Positions 1-9,714 of a DNA stretch of 64,000 nt are shown here, piece after piece. The notes under the pieces are model-generated. The model saw only the letters and a program-made list of their open reading frames with translations. It searched no databases and was not told the DNA's origin. The position numbers and the translations under genes are program-made. Every line of letters starts with the position of its first letter. The first letter of the stretch is position 1. Location: NCBI GenBank assembly GCA_040771865.1, contig JAXGZF010000003.1, positions 124,001-188,000 on the forward strand. The letters are read 5' to 3'. Source of the stretch: Desulfobacterales bacterium (GTDB lineage: Bacteria > Desulfobacterota > Desulfobacteria > Desulfobacterales > UBA2245).

Positions 1-448
1 CCGAGCTGATCCACAGCAGCTCGTTTTCAAGGGGAAGATAACGGTAAAGCCCCTGGGAAAGGCCATTGACGCGCATTGCAAACAGGTAGGTCTCAAAGCA
101 GTGACGGGCTCCTGCGGACGGCACGATCCGGTAGGTAAAATGCGTATGCGCGGGCTGTCGAATTCCCTGTGTGGCCCAGAGCAGAAAGGCCAGTTCATCA
201 AAGTTTATACTTTCGGACGTATATCTTCTCCGACTTTGTCTGTTTAACATCGCCGTTATCAGATCTTTTTTGGGAATATGCGGCATCCACTGGTCGGACG
301 ACGGCAGCCGAACGCGAGGCGCTTTTGGATCAAAGGGCTTTTCGACCGGCGGCGCCGGAACGCCCAGGCTTTGATCCGTGGTTCGAAAATCAATGGTCTT
401 GCGGATACTGTCCTTGAGAAAATAGCGATAAAGCTCTGTTTCGTTCAT
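1..448 (-). CDS. SagB/ThcOx-family dehydrogenase (nitroreductase superfamily), 3' end outside window
   Basis: Not in the ORF track. Hand translation from ATG at 448: MNETELYRYFLKDSIRK...NRQSRRRY...LAFLLWATQG...RIVPSAGARHCFETY...GLYRYLP. The RxSxR, LLWA.QG and PSAGA motifs are typical of SagB-type FMN enzymes. Confidence 0.85.
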   Translation of the reverse strand, partial: MNETELYRYFLKDSIRKTIDFRTTDQSLGVPAPPVEKPFDPKAPRVRLPSSDQWMPHIPKKDLITAMLNRQSRRRYTSESINFDELAFLLWATQGIRQPAHTHFTYRIVPSAGARHCFETYLFAMRVNGLSQGLYRYLPLENELLWISS

Positions 449-476
449 ACAGGGCTCCCTTTCCGTTTTTGACGCG

Positions 477-1379
477 TCAGGGATATGAATCGGATTCCTG
501 ACGCATTTCGGCCATTTTGCGGTCTTCCTCGTTCTGGTACTGGGGAACCGCCACCCGGGGCTTTCGCACATCCTGAGGCCGAATGGGCTCGGATTTCCAG
601 GATGCGTCCGGGCTCCAGCAAAAGGAAAGCCTTTTCACCGCACCGGGGGTTTGAAGTGCATCGAAGGCCTGAAGCGCCTCCCGAACAATGGCTTCCTGAA
701 GCGCGGAATCACCGGGCTTTCCACAGATGTAGCCGATGGGAAAATCCAGAAAAGCGATCCGTGGCGGATTCACCGATCGGGTGATATCCAGTGCGCTGGT
801 CAGGCACAGGGTACTGATGCCATGTTGCTCCAGATGTCGGGCCACGATCGCCGTGGCCTGATGGCAGACCGGGCAAACCGGAACCAGCAGGGCAGCTTCG
901 GCACGGTCTGCAAGCAGACGTTCGGTCAAAGCCGGCGCCAGTTCCTCGGAAACCTTTCTGGCCGAGTAAATGCCGCCCATGAACGTGTATGCATATTTGG
1001 TCAGAGAGCCGATTTTGCCTTTCTGAACCAGGCGCTTCAGGGCGGCCAGGGGAAAGACGATGCCGGGATCTTTTCGAGCCTCGGTCAGGTCAAAGGCAAA
1101 ATGGGTGACGCGAAGATCCGCCGGTGCGACATCGACCGGAATTGTTCGATAGGATGTATCGTCCTTGTAGTGAAAGGCTCTCTGGCCGGCGGCGTAAATT
1201 CCGCCCGAGGCCACGAGGGCCAGGCGGGTTTGGGCAAGGGGCCGGACCATGGAATTCCAGGGCGGCGCATCGGCATTTTTCGTCCACTGGTAGGCCGAAT
1301 ATCCTTTGGATGTGTACTTTTCACTGATCAGCGTAATGTAATCAACCGGTTCAAATGCGCCCTTATCTGAATCCTTCAA
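477..1379 (-). CDS. Glycine/sarcosine/betaine/D-proline reductase selenoprotein B-like (GrdB/PrdB-like) protein, Cys-containing CxxC form
   Basis: Motifs LALVASGG, DDTSYRTIP, THFAFD, DPGIVFPL and FMGGIYS, followed by LLVPVCPVCHQ...ARHLEQHGISTL...VNPPRIAFLDFPIG. Confidence 0.75.
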   Translation of the reverse strand: MKDSDKGAFEPVDYITLISEKYTSKGYSAYQWTKNADAPPWNSMVRPLAQTRLALVASGGIYAAGQRAFHYKDDTSYRTIPVDVAPADLRVTHFAFDLTEARKDPGIVFPLAALKRLVQKGKIGSLTKYAYTFMGGIYSARKVSEELAPALTERLLADRAEAALLVPVCPVCHQATAIVARHLEQHGISTLCLTSALDITRSVNPPRIAFLDFPIGYICGKPGDSALQEAIVREALQAFDALQTPGAVKRLSFCWSPDASWKSEPIRPQDVRKPRVAVPQYQNEEDRKMAEMRQESDSYP

Positions 1380-2500
1380 ATCACTTTCTCCTGTTCCAGT
1401 TGCCGGATCTGTTCGGGGCCGTATCCCAGTGCCGACAGGATTTCATGCGTGTCCTTCCCGAATTCCGGGTGGTGCGCGTGCAGCCTTGTCGGCGTTGCGC
1501 TGAGCCGAATTGCGGAGCGCAGCACCTGCCGTCCGTTGAGTTCACTTACAAGCCCTCTTTCTTTGAAGTACTTTCCGGTCAAAACCTCGGCCGGACTTGA
1601 AACCCGGGTGATGCATACCCGCAGTGAATCAAAGACGTCCAGCCAGTGAGCGCTGGGCTTTTCGCTGAAGCGTGCCGCAAAAAAATCGATCAGTTCCTGC
1701 CGGGATTTGGAATCAAACTGAAGATCGATATATTCCGGAACCTTGAAATAATGGCAGACTTTCTCCCAGAACGCCCTTTCTATGGCGGCCAGGGCCAGGT
1801 GCCTTCCGTCCGCGGCCCGGTAAATGGAATAGCAGGCAAAAACGGGGGAAGCGATTCCCTTTGTGGTCATAGGCGCAGGTCCCAGAGCGTCGGGCCATTC
1901 GTCGGAAACCGGCAGAAGCGCGGCCAGGGCATCGGTCAGGGCGATTTCCACCTGCTGACCCATGCCGGTTTTCTCCCGGCAGAGCAGGGCCAGCAGAATT
2001 CCGGAAAAGGCGTTCAGAGCGCCAGCCTGGGCGGCCAGGGCGATGCCGGGAATCCTGAAATCACCGCGCTGCATCAGATCCAGCGCCCCGCTCTGGGCCA
2101 TAAAATTGATGTCGTGACCGGGGCGGTCGCAAAAGGCGCCGTTCAGGCCGTAGCCGGTGATCGAACAATGAATCAGCCCGGGATGGACGGCCTTCAGAGT
2201 TTCATATTCCAGATTCAGTCGTCTGGCAGTTGCGGGCCTGAAACCGCAGATCACCACATCGGCGGTTTTGACCATTTTAAGAAACACGGCCCGGCCTTTC
2301 TCGCTTCTTAAACTCAGCGACATGTGTGCCTTGTTGCGGCTGAGCTGTGCCACGGGCAGAAAAGAGCGTTTTTCGAAGATCCTGTCTTCAATGCAAACAA
2401 CCCGGGCGCCGTGGTCGGCCAGCATTCCGGCGCATAGCGCTCCCGGCAGAAGCCGGGAGATATCCAGCACCGTGAAATCCGTCAACACGCCGTTGATCAT
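1376..2500 (-). CDS. CaiB/BaiF family III CoA-transferase / acyl-CoA racemase
   Basis: VLDISRLLPG, LADHGARVV, RNK, FRP and SITGYG...PGHDINF motifs. Start placed at ATG 2500. Confidence 0.9.
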   Translation of the reverse strand: MINGVLTDFTVLDISRLLPGALCAGMLADHGARVVCIEDRIFEKRSFLPVAQLSRNKAHMSLSLRSEKGRAVFLKMVKTADVVICGFRPATARRLNLEYETLKAVHPGLIHCSITGYGLNGAFCDRPGHDINFMAQSGALDLMQRGDFRIPGIALAAQAGALNAFSGILLALLCREKTGMGQQVEIALTDALAALLPVSDEWPDALGPAPMTTKGIASPVFACYSIYRAADGRHLALAAIERAFWEKVCHYFKVPEYIDLQFDSKSRQELIDFFAARFSEKPSAHWLDVFDSLRVCITRVSSPAEVLTGKYFKERGLVSELNGRQVLRSAIRLSATPTRLHAHHPEFGKDTHEILSALGYGPEQIRQLEQEKVI

Positions 2501-2535
2501 GCAATTCCTGTTGTTTATTGTCTTCAAGAAAAAAT

Positions 2536-3465
2536 TTAAAAAACACAGCAAAAGGACAGCCCCAGGCCGGCATCTTTCGCGGAAACCTGAATCCGAATGT
2601 TTTGTTTCAGTTCCTGAATGAAGCCCCGAGCCTGTGCGCGGTTGTATTTGTGGGCCGCAGCAACCGCGCCGTGGACGTTTCCGGCGTAAAATCCGAATTC
2701 CACAAAACTGATCACAGCGCCCAGAGCATATTGCTCGTTGTCAAAGGATTCCACCGCGGCCCAGATCAGGGCACCGTTGAGCAAAAACGCCACCAGGGCG
2801 TCCTGGTACCGTTCGCAGTAAAGAAACCCGCCGCCGGGAACCACCGAAAGAATGCCGGCGGTTGTCGGGTCTTTCATTTCAAGGGCGTCTACACGCGCAA
2901 GTTCGCGGCCCAGGTCGTCCAGCCGGTACAATGCCCTGTTTTCCGGACTGATACGGTCAAAATAAGATTTCGCTTTTTCCCACTGCCCGTTTTCGACCTG
3001 AATCCATCCCAGTCGGTAACGGGCCCGGTCGATGACCGCCTGATCATCGGAAAGCGAAATCAGGTTGAGCATTACGGCCTCGGCGGATACCGGATCACGG
3101 CGCTGCATATGACAAAGGCTGATCTGAAAAAAGGCGTCCGCGGCAAGCTTCGTATTTGGATAGCGGTTGATCAGCTCGGAAAACGACTGAATCGCCTCAT
3201 TCGGGCTTCCGGCCTGAAAATGGGACTCGCCGATTCGAAACATGGCCTTTTCCACACGCGGGTCATTTTCGAAAAAATGGATAAAGCGCTGATATTCAAA
3301 AACCGCCGACGAGTAGTCCTGCTTTGAAAAAAGGGATTCCGCGAAGGAAAACTGCTGGTCCGCATCAATCTGAAGGGTCTGAGAAAAAGCTGGCGGACCC
3401 AGGACTTCAAGAAGTGCAACCATGCCAACAGCAATCAAAAGGGATTTTGTCTTATTTGCGTTCAT
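2536..3465 (-). CDS. Exported tetratricopeptide-repeat protein with C-terminal hydrophobic segments
   Basis: Signal peptide (..PPAFS|Q), BamD/YfiO-like TPR helices (AVFEYQRF, FSELINRYP), and a C-terminal 'AGILSVVPGGGFLY' plus hydrophobic helices. Confidence 0.75.
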   Translation of the reverse strand: MNANKTKSLLIAVGMVALLEVLGPPAFSQTLQIDADQQFSFAESLFSKQDYSSAVFEYQRFIHFFENDPRVEKAMFRIGESHFQAGSPNEAIQSFSELINRYPNTKLAADAFFQISLCHMQRRDPVSAEAVMLNLISLSDDQAVIDRARYRLGWIQVENGQWEKAKSYFDRISPENRALYRLDDLGRELARVDALEMKDPTTAGILSVVPGGGFLYCERYQDALVAFLLNGALIWAAVESFDNEQYALGAVISFVEFGFYAGNVHGAVAAAHKYNRAQARGFIQELKQNIRIQVSAKDAGLGLSFCCVF

Positions 3466-3829
3466 AAGAATCTTTCCACCAGAAATCATTAGCGCTGACC
3501 GGATCATAACAGCGTTTTTCGCCGTTGATCCATATCGGAGAAGCGATGGAGACCTCGTCGCGGCCGCAGCGCATCAGACGGTCACAGCACATGATCCAGC
3601 CCGCAATGGAACCGTGCTTTTCGATCGCTTCCACACAGTAGGCCGAACAGCTGGGGTTCATAGCGCACCGATCCCCATCGGCCCCGGAAAGATATTTCTG
3701 GAAAAACCTTACCGGCGCCGCGCTCCAGGCACCGGGGGCCGTATCCACTGCGGCGGGGTTCGGGGAAACCGAACAGCCCATAAATAACAATGCCGCTATG
3801 CCGATGAGCCGGCACCGTCTCAGGTTCAT
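3452..3829 (-). CDS. YidD-like (membrane protein insertion efficiency factor domain) protein with lipoprotein-type signal
   Basis: FFQKYLS..DGDRCAMNPSCSAY..EAIEKHG...CDRLMRC matches the YidD Cys pattern. N-terminus RRCRLIGIAALLFMG|C resembles a lipobox. Confidence 0.75.
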   Translation of the reverse strand: MNLRRCRLIGIAALLFMGCSVSPNPAAVDTAPGAWSAAPVRFFQKYLSGADGDRCAMNPSCSAYCVEAIEKHGSIAGWIMCCDRLMRCGRDEVSIASPIWINGEKRCYDPVSANDFWWKDSYERK

Positions 3830-4125
3830 AATCGGGTCTATTTCCTCAAACCGCTTCACTTCCAGGCCCCTGAATGGATCTTCTTGTGCATTCTTTTATT
3901 CCCCTGCTTCCTACCAGAAAACGATGCTGAAAACAAATCGGATTGCCCGTAAATTCCACAGGAGCTTGCCCGGTCATGTTTTCATGTGAAAAATCGGCAA
4001 TTCCGGAGCAGCCGGCGGTTCTCAGCAGGCTATAACGGGGAAAAAGGCCATTGGATTTTCGAATGCGGGGATTGGTATTCCGGGGCTCTTTGCGCACGGC
4101 TCATTCAGGAGACGAATACGCATGC

Positions 4126-5868
4126 CTATTTTTGGGTGACCCGCAAAATTTCTTCAATGGTGGTCAGACCGCTTCGAACCTTCTGTATGCCGTCCTGACG
4201 AAGCGTGATCATGTTCTGGGCCACAGCCTCGCTTTTGATGAGGTTGGAATCAAATGTCTTGAGAATCAGGCTCTTCAGGCTGTCGGTCATCACCATGATT
4301 TCAAATATGGCAAGCCGGCCCCGGTATCCGGTGTGAAAACATTTTTCGCACCCTCTGGCACGATAGACGGCGGCATCCCGAATCTGATCGGGTTGCATGC
4401 CGATGGTCTTCAGGGCCGCAGCGTCCGGAGCGTAGGGCTGTTTACACTCGGGACACAGTACGCGTACAAGACGCTGGGCGATTACAGCGATCACCGACGA
4501 GGAGATTAAAAAAGGCTCCACCCCGATGTCCACCAGTCGGGTGATGGCACTGGCCGAATCGTTGGTATGCAGGGTGGAAAAAACCAGGTGGCCGGTCAGA
4601 GCCGACTGCACGGCGATTTCGGCGGTTTCCAGATCCCGTATCTCTCCGACCAGAATTACGTCCGGATCCTGACGCACGATGGACCGAAGGCCCCTGGCAA
4701 AGGTCAGATCGATCTTCGGGTTTACCTGAATCTGACTGATGCCCTTGAGCTGGTATTCCACCGGATCCTCGATGGTGATGATATTGATGTCCGGGGTGTT
4801 GATGGAGGACAGAATCGCGTACAGGCTTGTGGTTTTGCCGCTTCCCGTGGGCCCGGTGACCAGAATGATCCCGTTGGCAGAAGAAACCAGTTCTTCGAAA
4901 AGCGTCAGTCTTTCAGGTTCCAGCCCAAGTTCGGAAAGGGAAAGAATTGAACCGGATTTATTGAGAAGCCTCAGGACCACCCGCTCTCCGAAGGTGGTGG
5001 GAAGGGTTGAGACACGTACATCGATATCCTGGTCTCCCATGCGCACGTCCAGACGGCCGTCCTGGGGAAGACGCTTTTCGGCGATGTTCATCTTGGCCAT
5101 GACCTTGATTCGGGAGATCAGGGCCGGCTGAACCCACTTGGGTGGGGTGAGCAGATCATAAAGAATGCCGTCCACGCGGTAACGGATCTTGAAGCTGTCC
5201 TGATAGGGCTCTATATGAATATCACTGGCCCGCGCCTTTATGGACTGGGTGAGCACGTGGTTGACCAGTCTGATGATCGGCGCATCGCTGGTATCGTCGA
5301 GAAGATCGGCCGTATCCTGAATCTCGTCCAGAATCATGGAGTCGCTTTCTTCCATGTCCTGCACCAGTTGTTCTGCAGAATCCCGTCCGCCTTCGTAAAT
5401 CAGGTTGATCATTCCCAGAATCGATTCCCGGGTCGAAAGCACCACCCGGAAGTCTTCCGCGCCCAGCAAACGGAGCAGATCATCCAGGGCCTGGAACCGG
5501 CTGGGATGATTCACCGCAATGGTGTAAACGGTTTTTCCTCCGGACTGGGCGCTTTCCGCCGTTTCTTGCCGAAAAGGGGCTATCAGATGCTTCTTCAAAA
5601 ACCAGGAAGGGACCTGAAGCATCCGATCATCGACCTCGGGAACCGGCAGCATCCGCTGGAAATCCATGTCATACACCCTGGCGTATGCCTCAAGCAGAAG
5701 ATCTTCGGAAACCAGCTTTTTCTGAAGCAGGGCCTCGCCCAGATCCATGTCCTTTTCCGCGCAGGTTTTGAGTACGTCCGCGTAATCGGTATTGGAAATA
5801 TTCAGAGCCTCTTTTAAAGCTCTGGATGGATGCATTCTCATAAGCCGGCCGTTATCGCTGCTCTTCAA
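4126..5868 (-). CDS. gspE: Type II secretion ATPase GspE (start uncertain)
   Basis: ASDIHIEP, RLPQDG, Walker A GPTGSGKT, TIEDPVE, RQDPDVILVGEIRD, TGHLVFSTLH and a tetra-Cys Zn site. Confidence 0.95.
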   Translation of the reverse strand: MKSSDNGRLMRMHPSRALKEALNISNTDYADVLKTCAEKDMDLGEALLQKKLVSEDLLLEAYARVYDMDFQRMLPVPEVDDRMLQVPSWFLKKHLIAPFRQETAESAQSGGKTVYTIAVNHPSRFQALDDLLRLLGAEDFRVVLSTRESILGMINLIYEGGRDSAEQLVQDMEESDSMILDEIQDTADLLDDTSDAPIIRLVNHVLTQSIKARASDIHIEPYQDSFKIRYRVDGILYDLLTPPKWVQPALISRIKVMAKMNIAEKRLPQDGRLDVRMGDQDIDVRVSTLPTTFGERVVLRLLNKSGSILSLSELGLEPERLTLFEELVSSANGIILVTGPTGSGKTTSLYAILSSINTPDINIITIEDPVEYQLKGISQIQVNPKIDLTFARGLRSIVRQDPDVILVGEIRDLETAEIAVQSALTGHLVFSTLHTNDSASAITRLVDIGVEPFLISSSVIAVIAQRLVRVLCPECKQPYAPDAAALKTIGMQPDQIRDAAVYRARGCEKCFHTGYRGRLAIFEIMVMTDSLKSLILKTFDSNLIKSEAVAQNMITLRQDGIQKVRSGLTTIEEILRVTQK

Positions 5869-7924
5869 TGGTTTCGACTCCGGATTGATTCCCGGGGGCC
5901 GATGGTTTCAAATAAAGCTTGATGTTGTTTTCGCGCACCGAGTCGTAATGGGCCTTTTTATCCTGATAGACAGCCTCGGCTTCGGCCGGGCTCTCGATCA
6001 CCCTGGGTGTGAGAAATACAAAGAGATTGGTTTTGGAGTTGCCTTTGGCCACGGATTTAAAAAGATATCCGACCAGCGGCACATCCCCGAGACAGGGAAC
6101 ACGGTATTCGGTATTGGTGATGTTGTCGTCGATCAGCCCGCCGATGACTACGGTATTACCGTCTCGGACGATCACCGTGGTGTCCACGGTGCGCTTGAGC
6201 GTGGTGGGCCGGTAATCCGTTGATGATTCCAGGTCCGTGACCTCCAGAGAGATGTTCAGCCGCACCATCCGGTCCTTGGTGATCTGGGGCGTTATTTTCA
6301 GCGTTTTTCCGACATCCTTGTATTCAAAGGAGTTGTAGGTATCGTTGTCTGTGGTCGAGGTGCGGGTTTGAAACGGCACGTTCTTGCCGACCGTGATTTT
6401 GGCCTCCTGATTGTCGGTGGTCAGCACCTGCGGCGTGGACAGAATGTGAACGTCCTTGTCCTTCTTGTAAGCCTGAATCACCGCCCCGATGCTGGGAAAT
6501 GAGATGCCGCCGATAGACAGCGCCTCTCCGAAGATGCCCATGGAAAAACCGGGGGGAAGCGGTACGCCCTTTTTTATCGTTGTCGTTCCAACCACGGTCT
6601 CGGTTGACAGATTCTGGTAACCCTCATCCCCGCCGGAAGCGCCGCCGCTGAATCCGCTGCCATAAACCGCGTCTCGATTGTTAAAGGTCGTGTCATCGCC
6701 CACCGCCCATTCGGTTCCAAGTCGGAAATCCTTGTCCACGTTGACTTCCATGATCAGACTTTCGATATAGACCATGGCGCGGGGGATATCCAGCTTTTTG
6801 ATGATGTCTTCGAAGACCTGGTAGTCTTCCTTGTCGGCCATGATGATCAGACTGTTGGTGGCCTTGTCCGAAGTGATGCGAGATTTCTCAGACACCACCG
6901 GCATGTTCTTGGCAGCCGGCTCCCCGCTTTCCTGCTGTTTGGAGGGAATCTCCTGAAGCACCTTGGCCAGATCCTCTGCATTGGCGTTTTCAAGATAATA
7001 AACACGGATCCTTTCGCTTCCGCGGGGAATCTCCTTGTCCAGCGTGGCAATCAGGTCCTTGATCTTCAGAGTTTTATCCTCTGTGGCCAGAATCACCAGC
7101 GTGTTGGTGCGTTCGTCCGCTTCAAACCGGATCGTATCCTCCGGATTGGTTTTGGTCCGGGGTCCGCCCTTGGTATCCTCGAAGATCGACCGGAGCAGCT
7201 TGACAAAATTTACCGCATCGGCGTATTTGAGCGGAATGATGGAAAGCTGGAGGCCGATACCTTCCACGTCAATGGTTTTCAGTATGCGCATCAGCCGCTG
7301 AATGTTGGAGTGGACATCCGTGATGATCAGAAGGTTACTGGGAGTATAGGCCAGCATGACGCTGTTTTTGGAAATCAGCGGCGCCATGAGCTTTTTGATT
7401 TCTTCGGCATCGGCAAATTTGAGGGGAATCAGCTGGGTGACCACCTTGTCTTCCGGAGATGTCAGCTCCTGATGTAGCCGGGTTTCGATGTTCATGGCCC
7501 GGGCGTCGGGGGAGGGAACGATCTTGATCACCTCGCCGGCAGGAACCGTTGCATATCCGTTTACCTCAAGAACGGACTCAAAAACCTTGTATGCCTCCTC
7601 GACCGAAATCCGGGTGGGCGAAATAATCGTGACCTTGCCCTTAATCCGCTGATCCACGACGAAATTTTTTCCGGTCAGCTCGCTGATGAACTTGATGAAG
7701 ACCATGAAATCCACATCGTTAAAGTCAATGGAAACAAAGCGTTCAGAGGCTGCAAGCGTTTTGTCGGAATCCGGCCGCATAACCTCGGAAGGCTGGGCCC
7801 AGGAAACTGTCGTAGTCAGGCAGAAACACAGAAATGCCGCCGTCCGCACCATCCAACCCATATCCAAATGTCTCATGATTTGCCTCAATTTGTTACCTGT
7901 GTCCCTGTTTTTGGATAATCGCAT
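5852..7924 (-). CDS. gspD: Type II secretion secretin GspD (start uncertain)
   Basis: N0 domain (IDFNDVD...ISELTGKNFVVD), repeated N domains, and secretin C-terminus (LSTPQVLTTDNQEA, VPCLGDVPLVGYLF, FLTPRVI). Confidence 0.95.
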   Translation of the reverse strand: MRLSKNRDTGNKLRQIMRHLDMGWMVRTAAFLCFCLTTTVSWAQPSEVMRPDSDKTLAASERFVSIDFNDVDFMVFIKFISELTGKNFVVDQRIKGKVTIISPTRISVEEAYKVFESVLEVNGYATVPAGEVIKIVPSPDARAMNIETRLHQELTSPEDKVVTQLIPLKFADAEEIKKLMAPLISKNSVMLAYTPSNLLIITDVHSNIQRLMRILKTIDVEGIGLQLSIIPLKYADAVNFVKLLRSIFEDTKGGPRTKTNPEDTIRFEADERTNTLVILATEDKTLKIKDLIATLDKEIPRGSERIRVYYLENANAEDLAKVLQEIPSKQQESGEPAAKNMPVVSEKSRITSDKATNSLIIMADKEDYQVFEDIIKKLDIPRAMVYIESLIMEVNVDKDFRLGTEWAVGDDTTFNNRDAVYGSGFSGGASGGDEGYQNLSTETVVGTTTIKKGVPLPPGFSMGIFGEALSIGGISFPSIGAVIQAYKKDKDVHILSTPQVLTTDNQEAKITVGKNVPFQTRTSTTDNDTYNSFEYKDVGKTLKITPQITKDRMVRLNISLEVTDLESSTDYRPTTLKRTVDTTVIVRDGNTVVIGGLIDDNITNTEYRVPCLGDVPLVGYLFKSVAKGNSKTNLFVFLTPRVIESPAEAEAVYQDKKAHYDSVRENNIKLYLKPSAPGNQSGVETIEEQR

Positions 7925-7933
7925 CCGCCCGCC

Positions 7934-8785
7934 TCACTGAATCCGGTATTCAATCGCCTGCTCCTGCCCCTGACGCACAATCTGAAGCTTGACTCCTGAA
8001 GACTCCTTCATGCCCTGGTAAAGCTGCAATGCATCATCTACGGATTGAATCGGGTTTCCGTCCACACCGACAATCACATCTCCGTTCTCCAGGCCCATGT
8101 CGCTGAAAATCGAGTTCTCCTGAATACGGGTGATGACCAGGCCGGCGGGTTTGCCGTCCTGAAAATGGGGCCGGATTCTGGCCTGTTTCATGAGCTCGTT
8201 GATATTGCCCGTTGCATCATCAATGCGTGTACGCGGCATGCTGACGCTTTCCGGACTTTCCGGTCGGGTTCGCGACCCTTCCGCCGGTCTTCCGGGTCCT
8301 GCACCGCTCCGCTCTTCCATCTGCAGGACCTCATCCCGGCCGTTGACATTCAGGACGACCTTTTCCCTGAATATCATCCGGATCTCGGCGCCCTGAATGC
8401 TGTCGCCCACCCTGTAAAGGTCCTGGGTCTTTCGGGAGCGGTCCTCGATCACGGCATAAGCACGCTGACTGCTGCCAGCCACCGTTCCCCAGAGTCTCAG
8501 GTTCAAATCCGTCTGTTTGAGCGCTTCGAGGTTAACGGACCTGGATTCCGGTTTGGAATCGGCCTCTGTCTGAAAAAGATTCCGGGAAACGATGGTTTCA
8601 TACCGTTCCATCGAAATTCTGGTTCCATCGCCGGCCGCCTGATTCGACCGCGGGGGTTCGGGCGCGCCGGCTTCCGGATCCGTCATCCGTACGGCCATCA
8701 GCTTGTAGATTCCGCTGATGCCCAGATATATGATCCCGGTAACCAGAAGAATGTTGATCAGGGTAAGATATCGTTTCATGACCAT
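7934..8785 (-). CDS. gspC: Type II secretion protein GspC with PDZ domain
   Basis: N-terminal TM, HR domain (LRLWGTVAG...AVIED...LYRVGDSI) and C-terminal PDZ (GLENGDVIVGVDG). Lies directly upstream of gspD. Confidence 0.9.
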   Translation of the reverse strand: MVMKRYLTLINILLVTGIIYLGISGIYKLMAVRMTDPEAGAPEPPRSNQAAGDGTRISMERYETIVSRNLFQTEADSKPESRSVNLEALKQTDLNLRLWGTVAGSSQRAYAVIEDRSRKTQDLYRVGDSIQGAEIRMIFREKVVLNVNGRDEVLQMEERSGAGPGRPAEGSRTRPESPESVSMPRTRIDDATGNINELMKQARIRPHFQDGKPAGLVITRIQENSIFSDMGLENGDVIVGVDGNPIQSVDDALQLYQGMKESSGVKLQIVRQGQEQAIEYRIQ

Positions 8786-8815
8786 CGGCCTGTCCGTGAT
8801 TTTTTCCCGAAAGTG

Positions 8816-9667
8816 CTACCGGAATGAAAACCGGGGCGTCTCCAGGGTATTGTAAAAGCGAATCGGTATTCCATTTTTCCCGGTTCTTTGGTTGTCCAGC
8901 AGCTGCAACGGCAGAACCTGACCGACCTTTGACAAAAAAACCGGATGCGGCTGAATGGTTCCGGAAACCTTGATAACGCTCGTTCCAATCGGATTTTTCA
9001 AGTCAATCGTTCCGCTGAATCGGGCATCCAGATCGCTTCCCTTTAATTCGCATCGGGTGATCGCCAGCTCTGCACCCATGACCGTCATATCCGCCTCAAG
9101 GCTGCGAAAGCTTATGAGATCCAGATCAAAAAGCGGCGGTTGAAGGGCTATGGCGGCATCAATCGCCTTGAACGACGCGTTCCCCTTTCGTTTGTCCGGG
9201 CCTTTCCCGTGATAATAAAATGTGCCGTCGACCTGTCCGGACAGTTTGTGCGTCATCAGTGTTTCTACTGCGGATATCCTGGAGATCTGGAGCCCGGAAA
9301 GCGTTCCTTCGACCGAAGGTCCGTCTTTCCCCAGACCAATTCGACCGGATACAATTCCGTCAAAGACTTGGGCTGAAAAAGGAAAACGGCCGGTAAACGC
9401 CGATGAAATTCCCACTCCGATTCTCAGGTCCGCCGCATCCAGCACAATCCCTTCCTGATGGTTCAGCCGGGCGGACTCAAAAACAATGCTCAGAGGAAAT
9501 CGAAGTCGCGCATCGGACAACACCACTCGAGATTGCGTACACAGCCGATTGACGCGTGTTTCTATGTAACTGCCGACGACCTCCGATGGGAACAGACGAT
9601 ACGCAAAAAAAACAGCGGCGGCCAGAATATAAAGGCTCCACAAGAGCCTTCGATGCATGGGTTTCAT
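8816..9667 (-). CDS. gspN: Type II secretion protein GspN
   Basis: N-terminal TM ending 'YRLFP', a beta-rich body, and position between gspM and gspC. GAAGGA RBS before ATG 9667. Confidence 0.75.
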   Translation of the reverse strand: MKPMHRRLLWSLYILAAAVFFAYRLFPSEVVGSYIETRVNRLCTQSRVVLSDARLRFPLSIVFESARLNHQEGIVLDAADLRIGVGISSAFTGRFPFSAQVFDGIVSGRIGLGKDGPSVEGTLSGLQISRISAVETLMTHKLSGQVDGTFYYHGKGPDKRKGNASFKAIDAAIALQPPLFDLDLISFRSLEADMTVMGAELAITRCELKGSDLDARFSGTIDLKNPIGTSVIKVSGTIQPHPVFLSKVGQVLPLQLLDNQRTGKNGIPIRFYNTLETPRFSFR

Positions 9668-9714
9668 TATTCCTTCAGATTCACCCTTCCGGTATGGAAA
9701 GCGACAGTTTTGGA

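Noticed and set aside
1..448. SagB gene as a sign of a thiazole/oxazole RiPP cluster
   Set aside because: No YcaO, E1-like protein or precursor peptide is in the window, and stand-alone SagB-type nitroreductases are common. The left flank is not visible.
861..875. CPVCH looks like a c-type heme CxxCH motif and a possible substrate of the CcsBA-like pair
   Set aside because: The protein has no signal peptide and the motif is the family's redox (U/C)xxC site. It is also 47 kb from the ccsA-like gene.
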